Assembly: GCA_001898235.1 (NCBI GenBank)
Contig: MKTN01000027.1
Coordinates: 18,035-82,034 of the forward strand
DNA length: 64,000 nucleotides
Reading direction: 5' to 3'
Source: Gammaproteobacteria bacterium 39-13
GTDB taxonomy: Bacteria; Pseudomonadota; Gammaproteobacteria; Berkiellales; Berkiellaceae
Part shown: piece by piece, positions 35,428 to 47,961 of the stretch
Layout: each line of letters starts with the position of its first letter
How positions within the stretch are numbered: the stretch's first letter is position 1
Program-made: the position numbers and the translations under genes
The notes under the pieces: generated by a model
What the model saw: only the letters and a program-made list of their open reading frames with translations
Told to the model about the DNA's origin: nothing
Database searches by the model: none

Positions 35428-36441
35428 CTAATTAGTCGTGTTCTCTTTCTTTTCTAATCCTGCAGGAGGCCATCCTTCTAGTTTCATACCTAGAGATAAC
35501 CCCTTTGCAGCTAATACGTCTTTGATTTCAGTCAAAGACTTTTTGCCAAGGTTAGGTGTCTTCAGCAATTCCATTTCGGTACGCTGAATTAAATCACCAA
35601 TATAGTAAATATTTTCTGCTTTCAAACAATTTGCAGATCGAACTGTTAACTCAAGTTCGTCAACAGGACGTAAAAGAATAGGATCAATGCCTACTTCTTT
35701 CTTCGCTTCTGCAGGGCGTTCTTGACCTTTCAAATCAACAAATACAGAAAGTTGTTCAGCCAGGATGGTTGCAGAACGACGGATTGCTTCTTCCGGATCA
35801 AGCGTACCATTGGTTTCGATATCAATGATGAGCTTGTCTAAGTCTGTTCTGTTTTCTACACGTGCTCTTTCAACGTTATAGGTAACTCTGCGCACTGGAC
35901 TGAATGAAGCATCTAATTGTAAATGACCGATGCTTGCAGTTTCTTGATTCTCTGCAGTCTTACGAATAGTCACAGGCTCATAACCACGGCCACGTGCTAC
36001 CGTTAGAATCATTTTGATTTTGCCTTCTGGCGCTGTGATATTGGCAATCACATGGTCAGGGTTAGCAACTTCAACATTTGCTTCAAGCTGAATATCACCT
36101 GCTTTAACAGGACCCGGGCCTGTTTTTTCAAGTTTCAACTCAACTTCGTTTTTGGATTCACCCAACATCTTAAATGCAATGCCTTTGAGATTAAGGAGAA
36201 TTTCAATCACGTCTTCTTGCACACCTTCTATTGTGGTGTACTCATGCAAAACGCCTTCGATTTTTACCTTAACAACTGCGCTCCCAGGCATGCTTGAAAG
36301 TAGAATGCGACGCAGTGCATTACCCAAGGTATGACCAAAACCTCTTTCTAAAGGTTCTAAGGTTACCCTAGCTTGATTACGCCCTTTATCTTGGACTGTA
36401 ATAGATCGGGGTTTTAAAAATTCTGCCACCGCACGTTGCAT
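35428..36441 (-). CDS. rpoA: DNA-directed RNA polymerase subunit alpha
   Basis: [26 protein letters not shown]. Confidence 0.97.
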   Translation of the reverse strand: MQRAVAEFLKPRSITVQDKGRNQARVTLEPLERGFGHTLGNALRRILLSSMPGSAVVKVKIEGVLHEYTTIEGVQEDVIEILLNLKGIAFKMLGESKNEVELKLEKTGPGPVKAGDIQLEANVEVANPDHVIANITAPEGKIKMILTVARGRGYEPVTIRKTAENQETASIGHLQLDASFSPVRRVTYNVERARVENRTDLDKLIIDIETNGTLDPEEAIRRSATILAEQLSVFVDLKGQERPAEAKKEVGIDPILLRPVDELELTVRSANCLKAENIYYIGDLIQRTEMELLKTPNLGKKSLTEIKDVLAAKGLSLGMKLEGWPPAGLEKKENTTN

Positions 36442-36462
36442 GCAATCTTCCTCCGCTTGGGA

Positions 36463-37077
36463 TTATTTCGAGTAGAGCTCAACGACTAATTGTTCATTAA
36501 TATCAGAAGGTAACTCATCACGATCAGGTACCCGCTTATATTCTCCAACCATTTTCTTAGCGTCTACTTCTACCCATTCAGCCCAGCCTTTATCTTCTGC
36601 TTGCTTCAATGCATCAATAATACGGCCTTGCTCACGCGCGCGTTCACGAATAGAAACAGTATCGCCAGGTTTTACTTGGTAAGAAGGAATATTAACGCAC
36701 TTGCCATTCACAAGAATCGCCTTGTGAGAGACTAATTGGCGCGCTTCTTTTCGTGTGCATGCAAATCCCATACGAAAAACGATATTGTCCAATCGTGATT
36801 CGAGCATTTGCAGCAACAATACACCCGTCGCTGCTTTACTGCGCGCAGCTTCTTTGTATATTTTTCTAAATTGTCTTTCTAATACACAGTATTTAAAGCG
36901 CAATGCTTGCTTTTCATTCAGCTGTAAACCGTAGTTGGTTTCTCTTTTACGCGCTTGTCCATGTTGGCCTGGACGTGTGTGTATTTTACATTTTGACTCA
37001 AGATCACGGGTCTTGAATTCAAGATCCTTTCCATATCGCCGGGATAATACACACGTTGGTCCGGTATATCTCGCCAT
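36463..37077 (-). CDS. rpsD: 30S ribosomal protein S4
   Basis: [19 protein letters not shown], plus operon position. Confidence 0.95.
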   Translation of the reverse strand: MARYTGPTCVLSRRYGKDLEFKTRDLESKCKIHTRPGQHGQARKRETNYGLQLNEKQALRFKYCVLERQFRKIYKEAARSKAATGVLLLQMLESRLDNIVFRMGFACTRKEARQLVSHKAILVNGKCVNIPSYQVKPGDTVSIRERAREQGRIIDALKQAEDKGWAEWVEVDAKKMVGEYKRVPDRDELPSDINEQLVVELYSK

Positions 37078-37106
37078 AGTAATTCTTCTCTCTTAAGACT
37101 TTAAAT

Positions 37107-37595
37107 TTATACTCGACGTTGCTTGGGCGCACGGCAACCATTAAATGGAATGCCTGTCACATCAAAAATTGCCGTTATTTGAACGACATCACGTACTGCT
37201 CGTACGGAAGCATCACGGCCTGGCCCCGGTCCATAAATCCGCACTTCAGCAGATTCAGCGCCATATAGCTCACGCGCTTTTTGTATGGCTTTGCCCGCAG
37301 CAACCTGACCAGCAAAAGGAGTACTCTTACGAGAACCTCTAAAGCCACATCCGCCTGCAGTTGCCCATGACAGAGTGTTACCTTTAACGTCCGTGACTGT
37401 AATCAGGGTATTGTTAAAGGAGGCATAGACGTGAACGATGACGTCACTTATGACTCGTTTAGTCTTCTTCTTAAGACGTCCTTGCCCTTTCCCTGCGGCA
37501 CCTGCGACTGATCCACCGCTAGTGCCAGTTGATGAACCACCTTGACCGGAGTCGGTGACTTCTTCTTCAGTGACTTGTGTGCTTTCTGCTACCAT
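37107..37595 (-). CDS. rpsK: 30S ribosomal protein S11 with a ~30-aa acidic/Gly-Ser-rich N-terminal extension
   Basis: The core [15 protein letters not shown]...[12 protein letters not shown] is canonical. No in-frame ATG, GTG or TTG lies between 37595 and the core. Confidence 0.9.
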   Translation of the reverse strand: MVAESTQVTEEEVTDSGQGGSSTGTSGGSVAGAAGKGQGRLKKKTKRVISDVIVHVYASFNNTLITVTDVKGNTLSWATAGGCGFRGSRKSTPFAGQVAAGKAIQKARELYGAESAEVRIYGPGPGRDASVRAVRDVVQITAIFDVTGIPFNGCRAPKQRRV

Positions 37596-37613
37596 TTTTT
37601 AGTCCAGCTAATA

Positions 37614-37994
37614 TCAATCTTTTTTGGCGTCTTTACTTATTCTGTTGCCACGAGGACCCTTTCGTGTCCGCGCATTTGTTCGTGTTCTTTGCCCACGAAC
37701 TGGTAAACCAGAACGGTGACGCTTCCCACGATAGCATCCGATATCACGTAAACGTTTGACTCGCATTGAGACTTCTCGTCTCAAATCACCTTCTGTTGAA
37801 AATGCAGCAACGGCATCTTGCAAACCACGTACAGCTTCATCATCCAGGTCTTTGACCTTGGTTGTTGTATCAACTCCAACCGTGGCACATATTTGTAATG
37901 CGCGTGTATTGCCAATCCCGTAAATGCTTTGCAAAGCAACACGGATGTGCTTATTTGGTTCTAGTTGAACATTCTGAATTCGAACCGCAGACAT
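37614..37994 (-). CDS. rpsM: 30S ribosomal protein S13
   Basis: [23 protein letters not shown], with a basic C-terminus. Confidence 0.95.
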   Translation of the reverse strand: MSAVRIQNVQLEPNKHIRVALQSIYGIGNTRALQICATVGVDTTTKVKDLDDEAVRGLQDAVAAFSTEGDLRREVSMRVKRLRDIGCYRGKRHRSGLPVRGQRTRTNARTRKGPRGNRISKDAKKD

Positions 37995-38083
37995 GAAACA
38001 CTCCTAAATCACCCCGGCGCTGTAGACGCAACAGACTACTGCACCTAGACCTAAAAATCAACGATTTTAGCAGGCGTGAGGAC

Positions 38084-38212
38084 TTACCCCTGCCGTTGTT
38101 TATGACGTGGATTCTCTTTACAAATCACAAACAATGCCTTTTTGTTACGCTTAGTCCTGCTAACAACTTTGCAACCTTTACACATTTTACGAATAGAAGC
38201 TCGTACCTTCAT
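38084..38212 (-). CDS. rpmJ: 50S ribosomal protein L36 (42 aa, Zn-ribbon type)
   Basis: I translated this by hand: [42 protein letters not shown]. It is too short for the ORF track. Confidence 0.85.
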   Translation of the reverse strand: MKVRASIRKMCKGCKVVSRTKRNKKALFVICKENPRHKQRQG

Positions 38213-38260
38213 AAACATCGACCCCACTCTTCATACTTACTCAAATCGTTTGAGTAAAAG

Positions 38261-39592
38261 TTATCTTAATAATCCAAAACCACCAGGGCCGCCATCTCGC
38301 CCTTTTATGTTAGCTTTCTTCATTAATGATTCATATTGTTGTGACATGAGGTGCGCCTGTATTTGCGCAATAAAATCCATGATCACGACCACAATAATAA
38401 GTAATGAGGTTCCGCCAAAGTAAAAAGGAACTTGCCAACCCAATACTAAAAATTCAGGCAAAATAGAAACTGCAGTAATGTAAACAGCCCCTGCCAATGT
38501 CAAACGTGTCATTACCTTGTCGATATAAGAAGCCGTTTGTTCACCGGGTCTAATACCAGGAATAAAGGCGCCAGATCGCTTCAGGTTATCTGCTGTCTCA
38601 CGAGGGTTGAATACTAACGCCGTGTAGAAGAAGCAGAAAAATATAATACCACTACTAAAAAGCAAAATATAAAGTGGCTGCCCAGGCTGCAACGCCATAC
38701 CAATGTCTGCAATCCAAGAGGATTTTGACCCACCAAACCATTGACTAATGGAAGCGGGGAACAATATCAAACTTGATGCAAATATTGGCGGAATCACTCC
38801 CGACATATTTATCTTCAAGGGCAAATGGCTCTGTTGTGCCGCATACACTTTTCGCCCTTGTTGACGCTTCGCATAATTCACAGTGATCCGTCTTTGTCCT
38901 CTTTCAACAAAAACGACAAAAGCTGTAATCGCTAATAACACCATGACCAAAAATATTAATGCTATTGGGCTCATACCACCTTGACGAACCTGGTCGAGGG
39001 TACTTCCTATGGCTTTTGGTAAGCCTGAAGCAATACCCGCGAAGATAATCAAGGAGATCCCATTACCAACACCACGTTCAGTAATCTTTTCGCCCAACCA
39101 CATCAGGAACATTGTTCCTGTCACTAAGGTAACCACCGTCGTGAGATAAAAAATAAATCCAAGCTGTAATGCACTGCCTGAGCTGGCTAAGAATTTCGCC
39201 ATCCCAATCGCTTGGAAAGTTGCTAAAAAGAGGGTTCCTACTCGGGTATACTGCGAAATCTTACGCCGCCCAAGCTCCCCTTCTTTTTTCAGTTGTTCTA
39301 GCTGCGGCGAAATAACCGTCATTAACTGCATGATAATAGATGCAGAAATGTAAGGCATGATTCCTAACGCAAAAATAGATAGTCGCGTTAGCGCGCCGCC
39401 GGAGAAGACGTTGGCCATACCAATAATGTTGTTTTGGCTATTTTGAAAAAGTTCAGCCAAACGAGCAGCATCAATGCCTGGTACAGGAATGTGAGCGCCA
39501 ATACGGAATACGATCAGCCCCCACAACACAAACATCAGACGTTGTTTAAGTTCCGCTAAACCGCCTAATGAACTCCGTTGTCCTCCGGTCAT
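38261..39592 (-). CDS. secY: preprotein translocase subunit SecY
   Basis: 443 aa, 10 TM segments, [14 protein letters not shown]-terminal motif. Confidence 0.97.
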   Translation of the reverse strand: MTGGQRSSLGGLAELKQRLMFVLWGLIVFRIGAHIPVPGIDAARLAELFQNSQNNIIGMANVFSGGALTRLSIFALGIMPYISASIIMQLMTVISPQLEQLKKEGELGRRKISQYTRVGTLFLATFQAIGMAKFLASSGSALQLGFIFYLTTVVTLVTGTMFLMWLGEKITERGVGNGISLIIFAGIASGLPKAIGSTLDQVRQGGMSPIALIFLVMVLLAITAFVVFVERGQRRITVNYAKRQQGRKVYAAQQSHLPLKINMSGVIPPIFASSLILFPASISQWFGGSKSSWIADIGMALQPGQPLYILLFSSGIIFFCFFYTALVFNPRETADNLKRSGAFIPGIRPGEQTASYIDKVMTRLTLAGAVYITAVSILPEFLVLGWQVPFYFGGTSLLIIVVVIMDFIAQIQAHLMSQQYESLMKKANIKGRDGGPGGFGLLR

Positions 39593-39595
39593 ACC

Positions 39596-40030
39596 TTAAG
39601 CCTCAACTTTACCCCCAGCAGCTAAAATTGCATCTTTAGCCCCTGCGGTTAATTTAATACCGGAAACATTCTTCACGCCTTTGAGTTCACCACTCAAAAC
39701 AATTTTGACGCGCTTAATGTTGCTTGTAATTAATCCTGCTTCACGCAAACTTTGCATGGTCACTGCGTCGCCCGCAACTTTATTAAGTTCACTGAGACGA
39801 ATTTCTTGTGTAACCAAAGCAAGACGTGAACGGAAACCTGTTTTAGGAAGTCTTCTTTGTAGTGGCATTTGACCACCCTCAAAGCCCACTTTGTGGTAAC
39901 CACCAGCTCGTGCTTTTTGACCTTTATGTCCTTTACCGCACGTCTTTCCTAATCCACTACCTGGACCACGTCCAAGTCTTTTGCCGGTGCGCTTCGCGCC
40001 GTGGCCGGGCTTTATCGTATTGAGTTTCAT
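39596..40030 (-). CDS. rplO: 50S ribosomal protein L15
   Basis: [25 protein letters not shown]. Confidence 0.95.
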   Translation of the reverse strand: MKLNTIKPGHGAKRTGKRLGRGPGSGLGKTCGKGHKGQKARAGGYHKVGFEGGQMPLQRRLPKTGFRSRLALVTQEIRLSELNKVAGDAVTMQSLREAGLITSNIKRVKIVLSGELKGVKNVSGIKLTAGAKDAILAAGGKVEA

Positions 40031-40233
40031 ACTGTTTCCTCAACCTTCAGCAAATAGTGTATGCGATTAATCATCCCACGGTTTTCTGGGGTATCTAAGA
40101 CCTCTACCGTCTGATGAATACGCTTTAAGCCCAACCCTCTAACGTTTGCTAAATGATTTGGTAATCGCTTAGCAAGACTTTTCACCAAAGTGATAGTCAA
40201 CGTTTTATTTGATGATGAAGATTTCTTAACCAT
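40027..40233 (-). CDS. rpmD: 50S ribosomal protein L30
   Basis: I set the start at [19 protein letters not shown] (ATG 40233). This overlaps the rpsE stop by 8 nt. The ATGA overlap with rplO is typical. Confidence 0.85.
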   Translation of the reverse strand: MVKKSSSSNKTLTITLVKSLAKRLPNHLANVRGLGLKRIHQTVEVLDTPENRGMINRIHYLLKVEETV

Positions 40234-40753
40234 TGCCTTCACCCATAATTTCTTCCAAGGTTTTGCCACGCTTGTCAGCAATAGATTGCGGAGAATGAGA
40301 CTTCGCCAAACCTTTCATTGTTGCTCTGACAACATTAACTGGATTGGTAGAGCCATAGCATTTAGCAAGAATGTTATGAATACCAGCCACCTCGAAAATA
40401 GCGCGCATTGCGCCCCCGGCAATAACGCCAGTACCTTCAGAAGCAGGCATCATGAACACTTTTGAAGCGCCATGAGAAGCTTCAATTGTATGGTGCAATG
40501 TATTGCCAGCCATAGGGATTTCTACCAGATTGCGTCTGGCATTTTCCATCGCTTTACGGATTGCTTCTGGCACTTCGCGAGCTTTCCCACGACCAATACC
40601 CACGCGTCCGTTACCATTTCCAACTACGGTTAGTGCGGAGAAACCAAATATACGTCCCCCTTTCACTACTTTCGCAGTTCTTCTTACTTCAATTAATTTT
40701 TCTTCGTACTGACCTTCGGTCTTCTGGTCTTGCTTTGATGCCATTGTTGCCAC
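40226..40753 (-). CDS. rpsE: 30S ribosomal protein S5
   Basis: [33 protein letters not shown]. Confidence 0.95.
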   Translation of the reverse strand: MATMASKQDQKTEGQYEEKLIEVRRTAKVVKGGRIFGFSALTVVGNGNGRVGIGRGKAREVPEAIRKAMENARRNLVEIPMAGNTLHHTIEASHGASKVFMMPASEGTGVIAGGAMRAIFEVAGIHNILAKCYGSTNPVNVVRATMKGLAKSHSPQSIADKRGKTLEEIMGEGNG

Positions 40754-40754
40754 C

Positions 40755-41123
40755 CTAAACCACTAAGCCATGTTCACGAGCTGATTGAACTAACGCAGCA
40801 ACTCGACCATGATACCTATACCCTGAACGCTCAGAAGCAACAGAATCGATCCCTGCTTGTTTAGCACGTTCAGCGATCAACTTGCCTACTTGCTTTGCTT
40901 TATCTGTCTTCGTTGATTCATCACTCGCATCCTTTACTGCCTTTTCAAGGCTAGAGGCCTGCGCCAAGATCTTACCGCCTTCAGGCGCAATCACTTGAAC
41001 ATAGATATGCTGTGCTGAACGATTAATACACAAACGCGCAATGCCTTTTTCACGGCCTAAACGCTTAATATGCTCTCGCGTACGTTGCGCTCGTTTGAAA
41101 CGCGAACTGCGTTTTTTATTCAT
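40755..41123 (-). CDS. rplR: 50S ribosomal protein L18
   Basis: Conserved L18 sequence and operon position. Confidence 0.95.
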   Translation of the reverse strand: MNKKRSSRFKRAQRTREHIKRLGREKGIARLCINRSAQHIYVQVIAPEGGKILAQASSLEKAVKDASDESTKTDKAKQVGKLIAERAKQAGIDSVASERSGYRYHGRVAALVQSAREHGLVV

Positions 41124-41177
41124 ACTCTCAAACCCTCACCCTAGTCTCTTCCCCGTTTCATGGAAAAAGCGATTTGG

Positions 41178-41741
41178 CTATTTCTTCTTCGTTTCTTTCA
41201 GAACAATGACTTCATCAGCATAACGTATGCCCTTACCTTTATAAGGTTCAGGTTTACGCAATCCTTTACAAATGCCTCTAATATCAGCAGCGGCTTGTCC
41301 TACCAATTGCTTATCTACACCGGTCACTTCAATTTCTGTTACGGTTGCAGAAGTTAATTCCACGCCTATAGGCGCAATGAAAACAACAGGATGTGACAAC
41401 CCTAAGGTAAGATTTAAAACCGTACGGCCGTCTTTACCTTTAGCAACTTGAGCACGATAACCTACGCCAACGAGCTGTAATTTTTTGCTAAAGCCTTCAG
41501 ATACACCCTTCACATTATTGTTTAATATTGCTCTGGTGGTTCCTGCAATTGCATCAGCATCAGCAAAATCTTTATTAGCCGCAACGAGGATCTGTTGGTC
41601 TTCAAATTTAACAGAAACAGATTGATGAAGTTCGTGAGCCAATTCACCTTTGGCGCCTTTAATAGCAACAACGCCATCTTTAATGTTAACACCCACTCCA
41701 GAAGGAATCTCGATGGGTTTTCTTGCGACTCTTGATGACAT
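41178..41741 (-). CDS. rplF: 50S ribosomal protein L6
   Basis: KKLQLVGVGYRA...PEPYKGKGIRYADE. Confidence 0.95.
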   Translation of the reverse strand: MSSRVARKPIEIPSGVGVNIKDGVVAIKGAKGELAHELHQSVSVKFEDQQILVAANKDFADADAIAGTTRAILNNNVKGVSEGFSKKLQLVGVGYRAQVAKGKDGRTVLNLTLGLSHPVVFIAPIGVELTSATVTEIEVTGVDKQLVGQAAADIRGICKGLRKPEPYKGKGIRYADEVIVLKETKKK

Positions 41742-41751
41742 TATTCTTCCC

Positions 41752-42147
41752 CTAGGCTACATAACACAGGATTTCGCCACCCTGCCCAGCTTTTACCGCC
41801 GCTTGACCGGTCATAACGCCTTGGGAAGTCGAAACAATCGCAATTCCCAATTTATCCATGACTTCGGGCATCTCTTTAGAAGAAGTAAATTTCCGTAATC
41901 CTGGACGGCTAACACGCTGAATCATTTCAATAACAGGTTTGTTGTTAAAATACTTTAACGTTATTTTAATAACAGGCTTGTTTTCGTTATTGTCTACAAC
42001 GTAATCAGAAATATACCCTTCATCTTTTAATACTTTGGCAATTGCTACCTTGATTTTTGATGAGGGCACTGCAACCTCTGCATGGTTGGCAGATTGTCCA
42101 TTACGGATCCGCGTAAACATATCCGCGATAGGATCCTGCATACTCAT
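41752..42147 (-). CDS. rpsH: 30S ribosomal protein S8
   Basis: [18 protein letters not shown]. Confidence 0.95.
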   Translation of the reverse strand: MSMQDPIADMFTRIRNGQSANHAEVAVPSSKIKVAIAKVLKDEGYISDYVVDNNENKPVIKITLKYFNNKPVIEMIQRVSRPGLRKFTSSKEMPEVMDKLGIAIVSTSQGVMTGQAAVKAGQGGEILCYVA

Positions 42148-42165
42148 GGTTTTCTCCTCACTAAC

Positions 42166-42468
42166 TTACCAGCTTGCCTTCACTAAACCAGGGACTTCAC
42201 CCACCATGGCACGCCGACGAAGCTCATTTCGACATAATCCAAATTTACGGTAAACACCATGGGCTCGGCCTGTGATGTTACAACGTCTAGAAACTCGAAC
42301 TCGGCATGAATCACGAGGCATCTTTTCCAATTTCGCCAAAATCTCAAACTTTTGATCGATATCTAAAGAAGGATCATTTAGCTGTTGTCTGAGCAGCATT
42401 CGTTTTTCTCGATGCCGCTGCAAGAGAGCTCTTTTTTTCTCCCTGCGAATCATGCGCTTACTAGCCAT
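42166..42468 (-). CDS. rpsN: 30S ribosomal protein S14
   Basis: 100 aa, long non-zinc type, ending in W. Confidence 0.95.
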   Translation of the reverse strand: MASKRMIRREKKRALLQRHREKRMLLRQQLNDPSLDIDQKFEILAKLEKMPRDSCRVRVSRRCNITGRAHGVYRKFGLCRNELRRRAMVGEVPGLVKASW

Positions 42469-43066
42469 TGCTTTTTACCTCAGCGGTTTTACTTTCGCGA
42501 AAGGGGAAATTAAAAGCTTTCAATAATGCAAAAGCCTCTTCATCCGTATTCGCACTCGTGGTTATGGTGATATCTAAGCCGCGAACAGTATCGACCTGGT
42601 TATAGTCAATTTCAGGGAAAGTAATTTGTTCTTTGATCCCTAAACTATAATTTCCGCGTGAATCAAAAGAGCGTGGGTTAACGCCACGAAAGTCTCTTAC
42701 GCGAGGTAACGCAATACTAATCAAACGGTCTAAAAATTCATACATTCTATCGCCACGTAAAGTGACTTTACAGCCAATTGGCCAGCCTTCACGAATTTTG
42801 AACCCAGCGACAGATTTACGTGCAAGGGTAACCACTGCCTTTTGCCCTGCGATTTGGGTCAGATTATCCTGGGCAGCCTTGATGATTTTCTTATCATCAG
42901 CGGCTTGGCCTACACCCATGTTAAGGGTGATCTTTTTAATCACAGGCACTTGCATTGCATTGTCATAGTTAAATTGCTTTTGCAGTGCTGCAATTACTTT
43001 TTCTTTATAGTGTTTTTTTAAACGAACCATTGTTGCTTCGCTTTTTTCACTTTTACGCTTAGACAT
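42461..43066 (-). CDS. rplE: 50S ribosomal protein L5 (start 43066 or 43030)
   Basis: The core [12 protein letters not shown]... begins at 43030. ATG 43066 is preceded by a strong GGTGAGGTGG Shine-Dalgarno sequence and would add a 12-aa basic extension. Confidence 0.85.
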   Translation of the reverse strand: MSKRKSEKSEATMVRLKKHYKEKVIAALQKQFNYDNAMQVPVIKKITLNMGVGQAADDKKIIKAAQDNLTQIAGQKAVVTLARKSVAGFKIREGWPIGCKVTLRGDRMYEFLDRLISIALPRVRDFRGVNPRSFDSRGNYSLGIKEQITFPEIDYNQVDTVRGLDITITTSANTDEEAFALLKAFNFPFRESKTAEVKSNG

Positions 43067-43385
43067 CGACCACCTCACCAGATGACCTGAACACTCTGAC
43101 TTTCTTGCCGTCTTCCAACAATTTCACTCCCACACGACTAGGTTTATTCGTCGTGGGATCTAGCAAAGCAACTTTACAAGCAGGCATTGGTGCTTCTTTG
43201 GGCACAATCCCACCTGGTTGCTCGCGCTGTGGGTTGGGCTTAACGTGTTTCTTTTTCACGTTAATACCTTCCACAATAACTGACAAACCTGCTTCGGCTT
43301 GTAGTACGCTCAGAACGGTGCCAATTCGGCCCTTATCTTTGCCTGAAATTACTTGTACTTTATCGCCCTTTCGAATCTTGCGCAT
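43059..43385 (-). CDS. rplX: 50S ribosomal protein L24
   Basis: [19 protein letters not shown]. Confidence 0.95.
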   Translation of the reverse strand: MRKIRKGDKVQVISGKDKGRIGTVLSVLQAEAGLSVIVEGINVKKKHVKPNPQREQPGGIVPKEAPMPACKVALLDPTTNKPSRVGVKLLEDGKKVRVFRSSGEVVDV

Positions 43386-43402
43386 GGTTGTTCTCTCAAC
43401 TG

Positions 43403-43768
43403 TTACAGCACTTCAGGTGCCAGAGAAATAATTTTCATATAATTATTACGAAGCTCACGCGTGACAGGTCCGAAGATACGAGTACCAATAGGTTGCATTT
43501 GGGCATTCAACAAAACTGCTGCATTACCGTCAAACCGAATAAGTGACCCATCATCACGACGAACGCCCTTTCTTGTGCGAACGACGACGGCGAACAATAC
43601 ATCGCCTTTCTTTACCTTGCCTCGCGGGATAGCTTCTTTAACGGTAACGCGAATAACGTCACCAATACCGGCATACCTACGCTTGGAGCCCCCAAGGACT
43701 TTGATGCACATCACTCGACGGGCACCACTGTTATCTGCCACGTCAAGAACCGTTTGCATCTGAATCAT
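43403..43768 (-). CDS. rplN: 50S ribosomal protein L14
   Basis: [27 protein letters not shown]. Confidence 0.95.
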   Translation of the reverse strand: MIQMQTVLDVADNSGARRVMCIKVLGGSKRRYAGIGDVIRVTVKEAIPRGKVKKGDVLFAVVVRTRKGVRRDDGSLIRFDGNAAVLLNAQMQPIGTRIFGPVTRELRNNYMKIISLAPEVL

Positions 43769-43955
43769 GACATTCTCCGCTCAATCCACATAAGACATCA
43801 AAGGCATACACAAAAGGTCGAATATCTTACCATTGATGCCAACTAATTAAAACGCCCATTACTTCGCCCTAAAAGTTTATTTACGCCTCAGTAGGCATGT
43901 TCTTCTTTAAGGGCAGGATTTTTCAAATCCCTTTGTTTAATAACTTTCTCAACTA

Positions 43956-44216
43956 TTAAACTGCTTTCTCTAAAACTTTTACGAGGAGCCAGTTCTTTGT
44001 CTTTGAGATTGGTCTAACTTCTTTAATCTCAACCAAGTCACCAAGTGAACTTTCATGCTTAGGATCATGAACATGAAGAACTGTTCTGCCTTTCATTACT
44101 TTGCCATAGCGCTCATGACGTCTAGACCACAGCACTTCAACAGTACGTGTTGCCATGCGCTTATCGCTAGTAACGCGCCCTGTAAGAGTACGCTCTACTG
44201 TTTCGGTATTGCTCAT
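43956..44216 (-). CDS. rpsQ: 30S ribosomal protein S17
   Basis: I set the start at MSNTETVERTLTGRV (ATG 44216), 4 nt after the rpmC stop. This matches the usual length of about 85 aa. Confidence 0.9.
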   Translation of the reverse strand: MSNTETVERTLTGRVTSDKRMATRTVEVLWSRRHERYGKVMKGRTVLHVHDPKHESSLGDLVEIKEVRPISKTKNWLLVKVLEKAV

Positions 44217-44220
44217 CCGC

Positions 44221-44418
44221 TTACTCTCCATTCTTATCAAGCTCGTGCATGATAGTTTTCACACGAGCAATATCACGACGAACTTGTCGCAGCTGATGGT
44301 TTTTTGCGAGCTGTCCGCTCCCGTGTTGCATTTTTAGCTTGAATTGTTTCTGCGCTAAGTCTGCTAACGTTGTTTGTAACGTAGATTTGTTTTGTTGTCG
44401 CAATTCGTTTGCTTTCAT
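44221..44418 (-). CDS. rpmC: 50S ribosomal protein L29
   Basis: 65 aa, conserved L29 sequence. Confidence 0.95.
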   Translation of the reverse strand: MKANELRQQNKSTLQTTLADLAQKQFKLKMQHGSGQLAKNHQLRQVRRDIARVKTIMHELDKNGE

Positions 44419-44831
44419 TACATCACCACTCGTTCAACGAATTCAGTTTTCACTGGAAGCTTAGCGGCGGCAAGCTTAAATGCTTCTGCAGCTACTTCTT
44501 TGGTGACACCCTGAATTTCAAAAAGAACCTTACCTGGCTGCACAAGTGCAACCCAATATTCGACGTTACCTTTACCTTTACCTTGTCGAACTTCTAAAGG
44601 CTTTTTGGTAATAGGTTTATCAGGAAAAATACGAATCCAAATCTTACCGCCCCGTTTAATGTAGCGGCTAATTGTACGTCGGGCTGCTTCGATTTGGCGT
44701 GATGTAATTGGTGCTCTATCAATGGTTTTTAAACCAAAGTCACCAAAACTTACTTTACTGCCACGAAGAGCGAGGCCACGATTGCGTCCCTTTTGTTGTT
44801 TTCGAAATTTGGTACGTTTAGGCTGTAACAT
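44418..44831 (-). CDS. rplP: 50S ribosomal protein L16
   Basis: [19 protein letters not shown]. Confidence 0.95.
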   Translation of the reverse strand: MLQPKRTKFRKQQKGRNRGLALRGSKVSFGDFGLKTIDRAPITSRQIEAARRTISRYIKRGGKIWIRIFPDKPITKKPLEVRQGKGKGNVEYWVALVQPGKVLFEIQGVTKEVAAEAFKLAAAKLPVKTEFVERVVM

Positions 44832-44842
44832 AAAGATGTCCC

Positions 44843-45520
44843 CTACTGCTGTTGTGCAGCTTCTGTGCTTTGACTTCCGGCAGCCAAGTCTTTATCAAGG
44901 ATTTCGCCCTTGAATATCCAGACTTTCACACCAATAATTCCATAGGTCGTTTTTGCAATAGCCGTTGCAAAATCGATATCTGCACGGAAGGTATGGAGAG
45001 GAACACGTCCTTCGCGATACCACTCAGTACGCGCAATTTCAGCACCGCCTAATCGACCCGCAACACAAATCTTGATACCTTTTGCACCAAAACGTAATGC
45101 ATTGCTTACCGCACGTTTCATTGCACGACGGAACATAACACGTCTTTCTAACTGCTGCGCTACGCTTTCAGCAACCAGGTACGCATCCAGTTCAGGACGT
45201 CGAATTTCTTCAATGTTAATGTGTACTGGAACACCCATTAGCGAAGAAACTTTTTGACGCAAGGTTTCGATATCTTCCCCTTTCTTACCAATCACTACGC
45301 CTGGTCGGGCAGTGTGAATAGTAATGCGCGCATTTCTTGCTGGGCGCTCAATTTGTATACGGCTGACAAATGCATTTTGCAATTTCTTCCGTAAATATTC
45401 GCGCGTTTGTAAATCGCTTAATAGCAAACCGGCATAGTGCTTCTTATTGGCGTACCACATTGAACGGTGCGTCTCAACAATGCCTAACCGAATCCCAGTT
45501 GGATGAACTTTTTGACCCAT
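44843..45520 (-). CDS. rpsC: 30S ribosomal protein S3
   Basis: [13 protein letters not shown]. Confidence 0.95.
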   Translation of the reverse strand: MGQKVHPTGIRLGIVETHRSMWYANKKHYAGLLLSDLQTREYLRKKLQNAFVSRIQIERPARNARITIHTARPGVVIGKKGEDIETLRQKVSSLMGVPVHINIEEIRRPELDAYLVAESVAQQLERRVMFRRAMKRAVSNALRFGAKGIKICVAGRLGGAEIARTEWYREGRVPLHTFRADIDFATAIAKTTYGIIGVKVWIFKGEILDKDLAAGSQSTEAAQQQ

Positions 45521-45870
45521 TACGCCCTCTCTTTGCCTTTAACATCAGACACCACGATCTTGATGTGACATCGACGTTTTACGATACGGTTTCCTCGACC
45601 CTTAGCACGTGCCTTAAAGCGCTTCAATGACGGTGCTTCATCAACCTCAATTTTGGCAACTTTGAGTTCATCAATATCTGCGCCTTCATTATGCTCTGCA
45701 TTCGCAATCGCAGACTCGAGTAATTTTTTGATTAACTTCGCAGCTTTCTTTTGAACGAAGGCAAGTTGTTCTACAGCTTTTTCCACTGCTTTCCCACGTA
45801 CCTCATTCGCAACCAGTCGCGCTTTTTGCGCTGACATGCCTGCATTTTTTAATGTGGCGGACACTTCCAT
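45520..45870 (-). CDS. rplV: 50S ribosomal protein L22
   Basis: Conserved L22 sequence and operon position. Confidence 0.95.
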   Translation of the reverse strand: MEVSATLKNAGMSAQKARLVANEVRGKAVEKAVEQLAFVQKKAAKLIKKLLESAIANAEHNEGADIDELKVAKIEVDEAPSLKRFKARAKGRGNRIVKRRCHIKIVVSDVKGKERA

Positions 45871-45880
45871 CTTTTACCCC

Positions 45881-46177
45881 TTACTTACCTTTAGCCGGCG
45901 CCGTTTTTTTGTCACCGGAATGGCCACGGAAAGTACGTGTTGGCGCAAATTCGCCAAGTTTATGACCAACCATGTTTTCGGTTACTAATACGGGGACGAA
46001 AATCTTGCCATTATGCACCATTAATGTTGCTCCAACGAATTCAGGAACAATGGTGCTTCGACGAGACCAGGTTTGGACGACAATACGTCCTCGACCACCA
46101 GCCCCTTGACGCGTTTTAATAACTTTATTTAGTAACTTCGGGCTACAATATGGGCCCTTTTTTAATGAACGTGCCAC
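45881..46177 (-). CDS. rpsS: 30S ribosomal protein S19
   Basis: [10 protein letters not shown]...[15 protein letters not shown]. Confidence 0.95.
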   Translation of the reverse strand: MARSLKKGPYCSPKLLNKVIKTRQGAGGRGRIVVQTWSRRSTIVPEFVGATLMVHNGKIFVPVLVTENMVGHKLGEFAPTRTFRGHSGDKKTAPAKGK

Positions 46178-46180
46178 CCG

Positions 46181-47023
46181 TTAACCCCTTTCACTCTTCT
46201 TTTGACCACGACGGCGAACAATAAACCGACTCGATACCTTACGGCGATTACGGGTTTTCTTCCCTTCCGGTTTACCATTTTTATTACAAGGAGGACGACC
46301 ACCTGAAGTACGGCCTTCACCACCACCCAATGGATGATCGACTGGGTTTTTCGCCACACCTCTTACGGTAGGACGTATACCACGCCACCTTTGAGCACCT
46401 GCCTTCCCTATCACGCGAAGGTTATGCTCTTCATTACCCACTTCACCAATCACTGCACGACATTGCGCAAATATTTTACGCATTTCGCCTGAACGTAACC
46501 GAACAGTTGCATAAGTACCTTCACGCGCTAGCAGCTGTGCATACGCTCCAGCACTACGCGCTAACTGAGCACCTTTGCCTGGTCTTAGCTCAATACAGTG
46601 AATAGTTGCACCCACAGGCATATTTGCCAATGGCAAACAATTACCAACCAAGATAGGTGCGCTTACGCCTGATTCAACTTTTGCGCCAACTGCAATGCCT
46701 TTAGGTGCAACGATGTAACGGCGTTCGCCATCAGCGTAAACAAGTAAAGCAATATTTGCGCTACGGTTAGGATCATATTCAATGCGCTCAACACGTGCGG
46801 GAATACCATCTTTGTTGCGTTTAAAATCGACATGTCTTAAACGGCGCTTATGACCACCCCCACGGTGATCAACGGTTACACGACCAATGTCATTACGACC
46901 ACTGGTACGGTTTTTCTTGCTCGTCAGACTCTTTACAGGAGCCCCTTTATACAAGCCTTCCGTTTTAATTTTGATTTTGAAACGTTGGCCTGGCGAGGTC
47001 GGCTTTAATTCGATAATTGCCAT
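46181..47023 (-). CDS. rplB: 50S ribosomal protein L2
   Basis: 280 aa, GGGHKRRLR...HPLGGGEGR. Confidence 0.97.
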   Translation of the reverse strand: MAIIELKPTSPGQRFKIKIKTEGLYKGAPVKSLTSKKNRTSGRNDIGRVTVDHRGGGHKRRLRHVDFKRNKDGIPARVERIEYDPNRSANIALLVYADGERRYIVAPKGIAVGAKVESGVSAPILVGNCLPLANMPVGATIHCIELRPGKGAQLARSAGAYAQLLAREGTYATVRLRSGEMRKIFAQCRAVIGEVGNEEHNLRVIGKAGAQRWRGIRPTVRGVAKNPVDHPLGGGEGRTSGGRPPCNKNGKPEGKKTRNRRKVSSRFIVRRRGQKKSERG

Positions 47024-47034
47024 TTTTCCGTCCC

Positions 47035-47337
47035 TTACTGCTCAAAGTCGGCAAAGTTAATTTGATGCCCTGCGACTAATTTAACGTAAGCCTTTTTCTT
47101 CTTTGCAGTTCGACCTTCAGTTTGACCAAACCGAACAAAGCTTCGCCCTTTAACGATGGTACGCACTGATTCCACTTTCACATCAGGGAAAAAGGTTTCC
47201 ACCGCATTTTTAATATCCAATTTAGACGCTTTTGGGTGTACCCAAAACGCAACGGAATTTTCGCGATCACCGGATCTGGACGCTTTTTCCGAAACTAATG
47301 GTCTGACTAGGACTTTTGCTAACGAATCTATATTCAC
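47035..47337 (-). CDS. rplW: 50S ribosomal protein L23
   Basis: Conserved L23 sequence and operon position. Confidence 0.95.
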   Translation of the reverse strand: MNIDSLAKVLVRPLVSEKASRSGDRENSVAFWVHPKASKLDIKNAVETFFPDVKVESVRTIVKGRSFVRFGQTEGRTAKKKKAYVKLVAGHQINFADFEQ

Positions 47338-47948
47338 GCAAGCACCTCTTCTAGTTTTCTAAGCGCTTCTACGGTAATAAGCACATTGTCATATTTCAAA
47401 AGCTGAACAGGGTTAACACCGCTCGCTTCTCTCACCGCAATATTAGGCACATTACGTGCTGAGAGATAGAGGTTTTCATTGAATTGATCGACCACTATCA
47501 ACACGCGCTCCAAATTGAGCTCTTTTAATTTGTTCAATAATACTTTTGTCTTTGGTTGATCAACGACAAACTCATTTACTACCTGCAAACGTTCTTGACG
47601 AATAAGCTCAGACAGAATCGAGCTCATTGCGCCACGATACATTTTCTTATTGACCTTTTGACTATGGTCACGAGGTCTTGCAGCGAAGATCACGCCACCT
47701 TTACGCCAGATAGGGCTTCGAATCGTTCCCGCACGAGCACGACCGGTTCCTTTTTGACGCCATGGTTTTGCACCGCCTCCACGAACTTCCGCACGCGTTT
47801 TTTGCTGTTTAGTTCCAGCACGAGCACCTGCCATTAAAGCAACAACGACTTGGTGCACCAACGCTTCGTTAAATTCACGGCCGAAGGCAGCTTCTGAAAC
47901 TTCGATATTGTTTGTGCCACCTTTGGCACCGGCTAAAGCAAGCTTCAT
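47334..47948 (-). CDS. rplD: 50S ribosomal protein L4
   Basis: I set the start at [11 protein letters not shown] (ATG 47948), 13 nt after the rplC stop. Confidence 0.9.
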   Translation of the reverse strand: MKLALAGAKGGTNNIEVSEAAFGREFNEALVHQVVVALMAGARAGTKQQKTRAEVRGGGAKPWRQKGTGRARAGTIRSPIWRKGGVIFAARPRDHSQKVNKKMYRGAMSSILSELIRQERLQVVNEFVVDQPKTKVLLNKLKELNLERVLIVVDQFNENLYLSARNVPNIAVREASGVNPVQLLKYDNVLITVEALRKLEEVLA

Positions 47949-47961
47949 TTCTACCCTCCTT

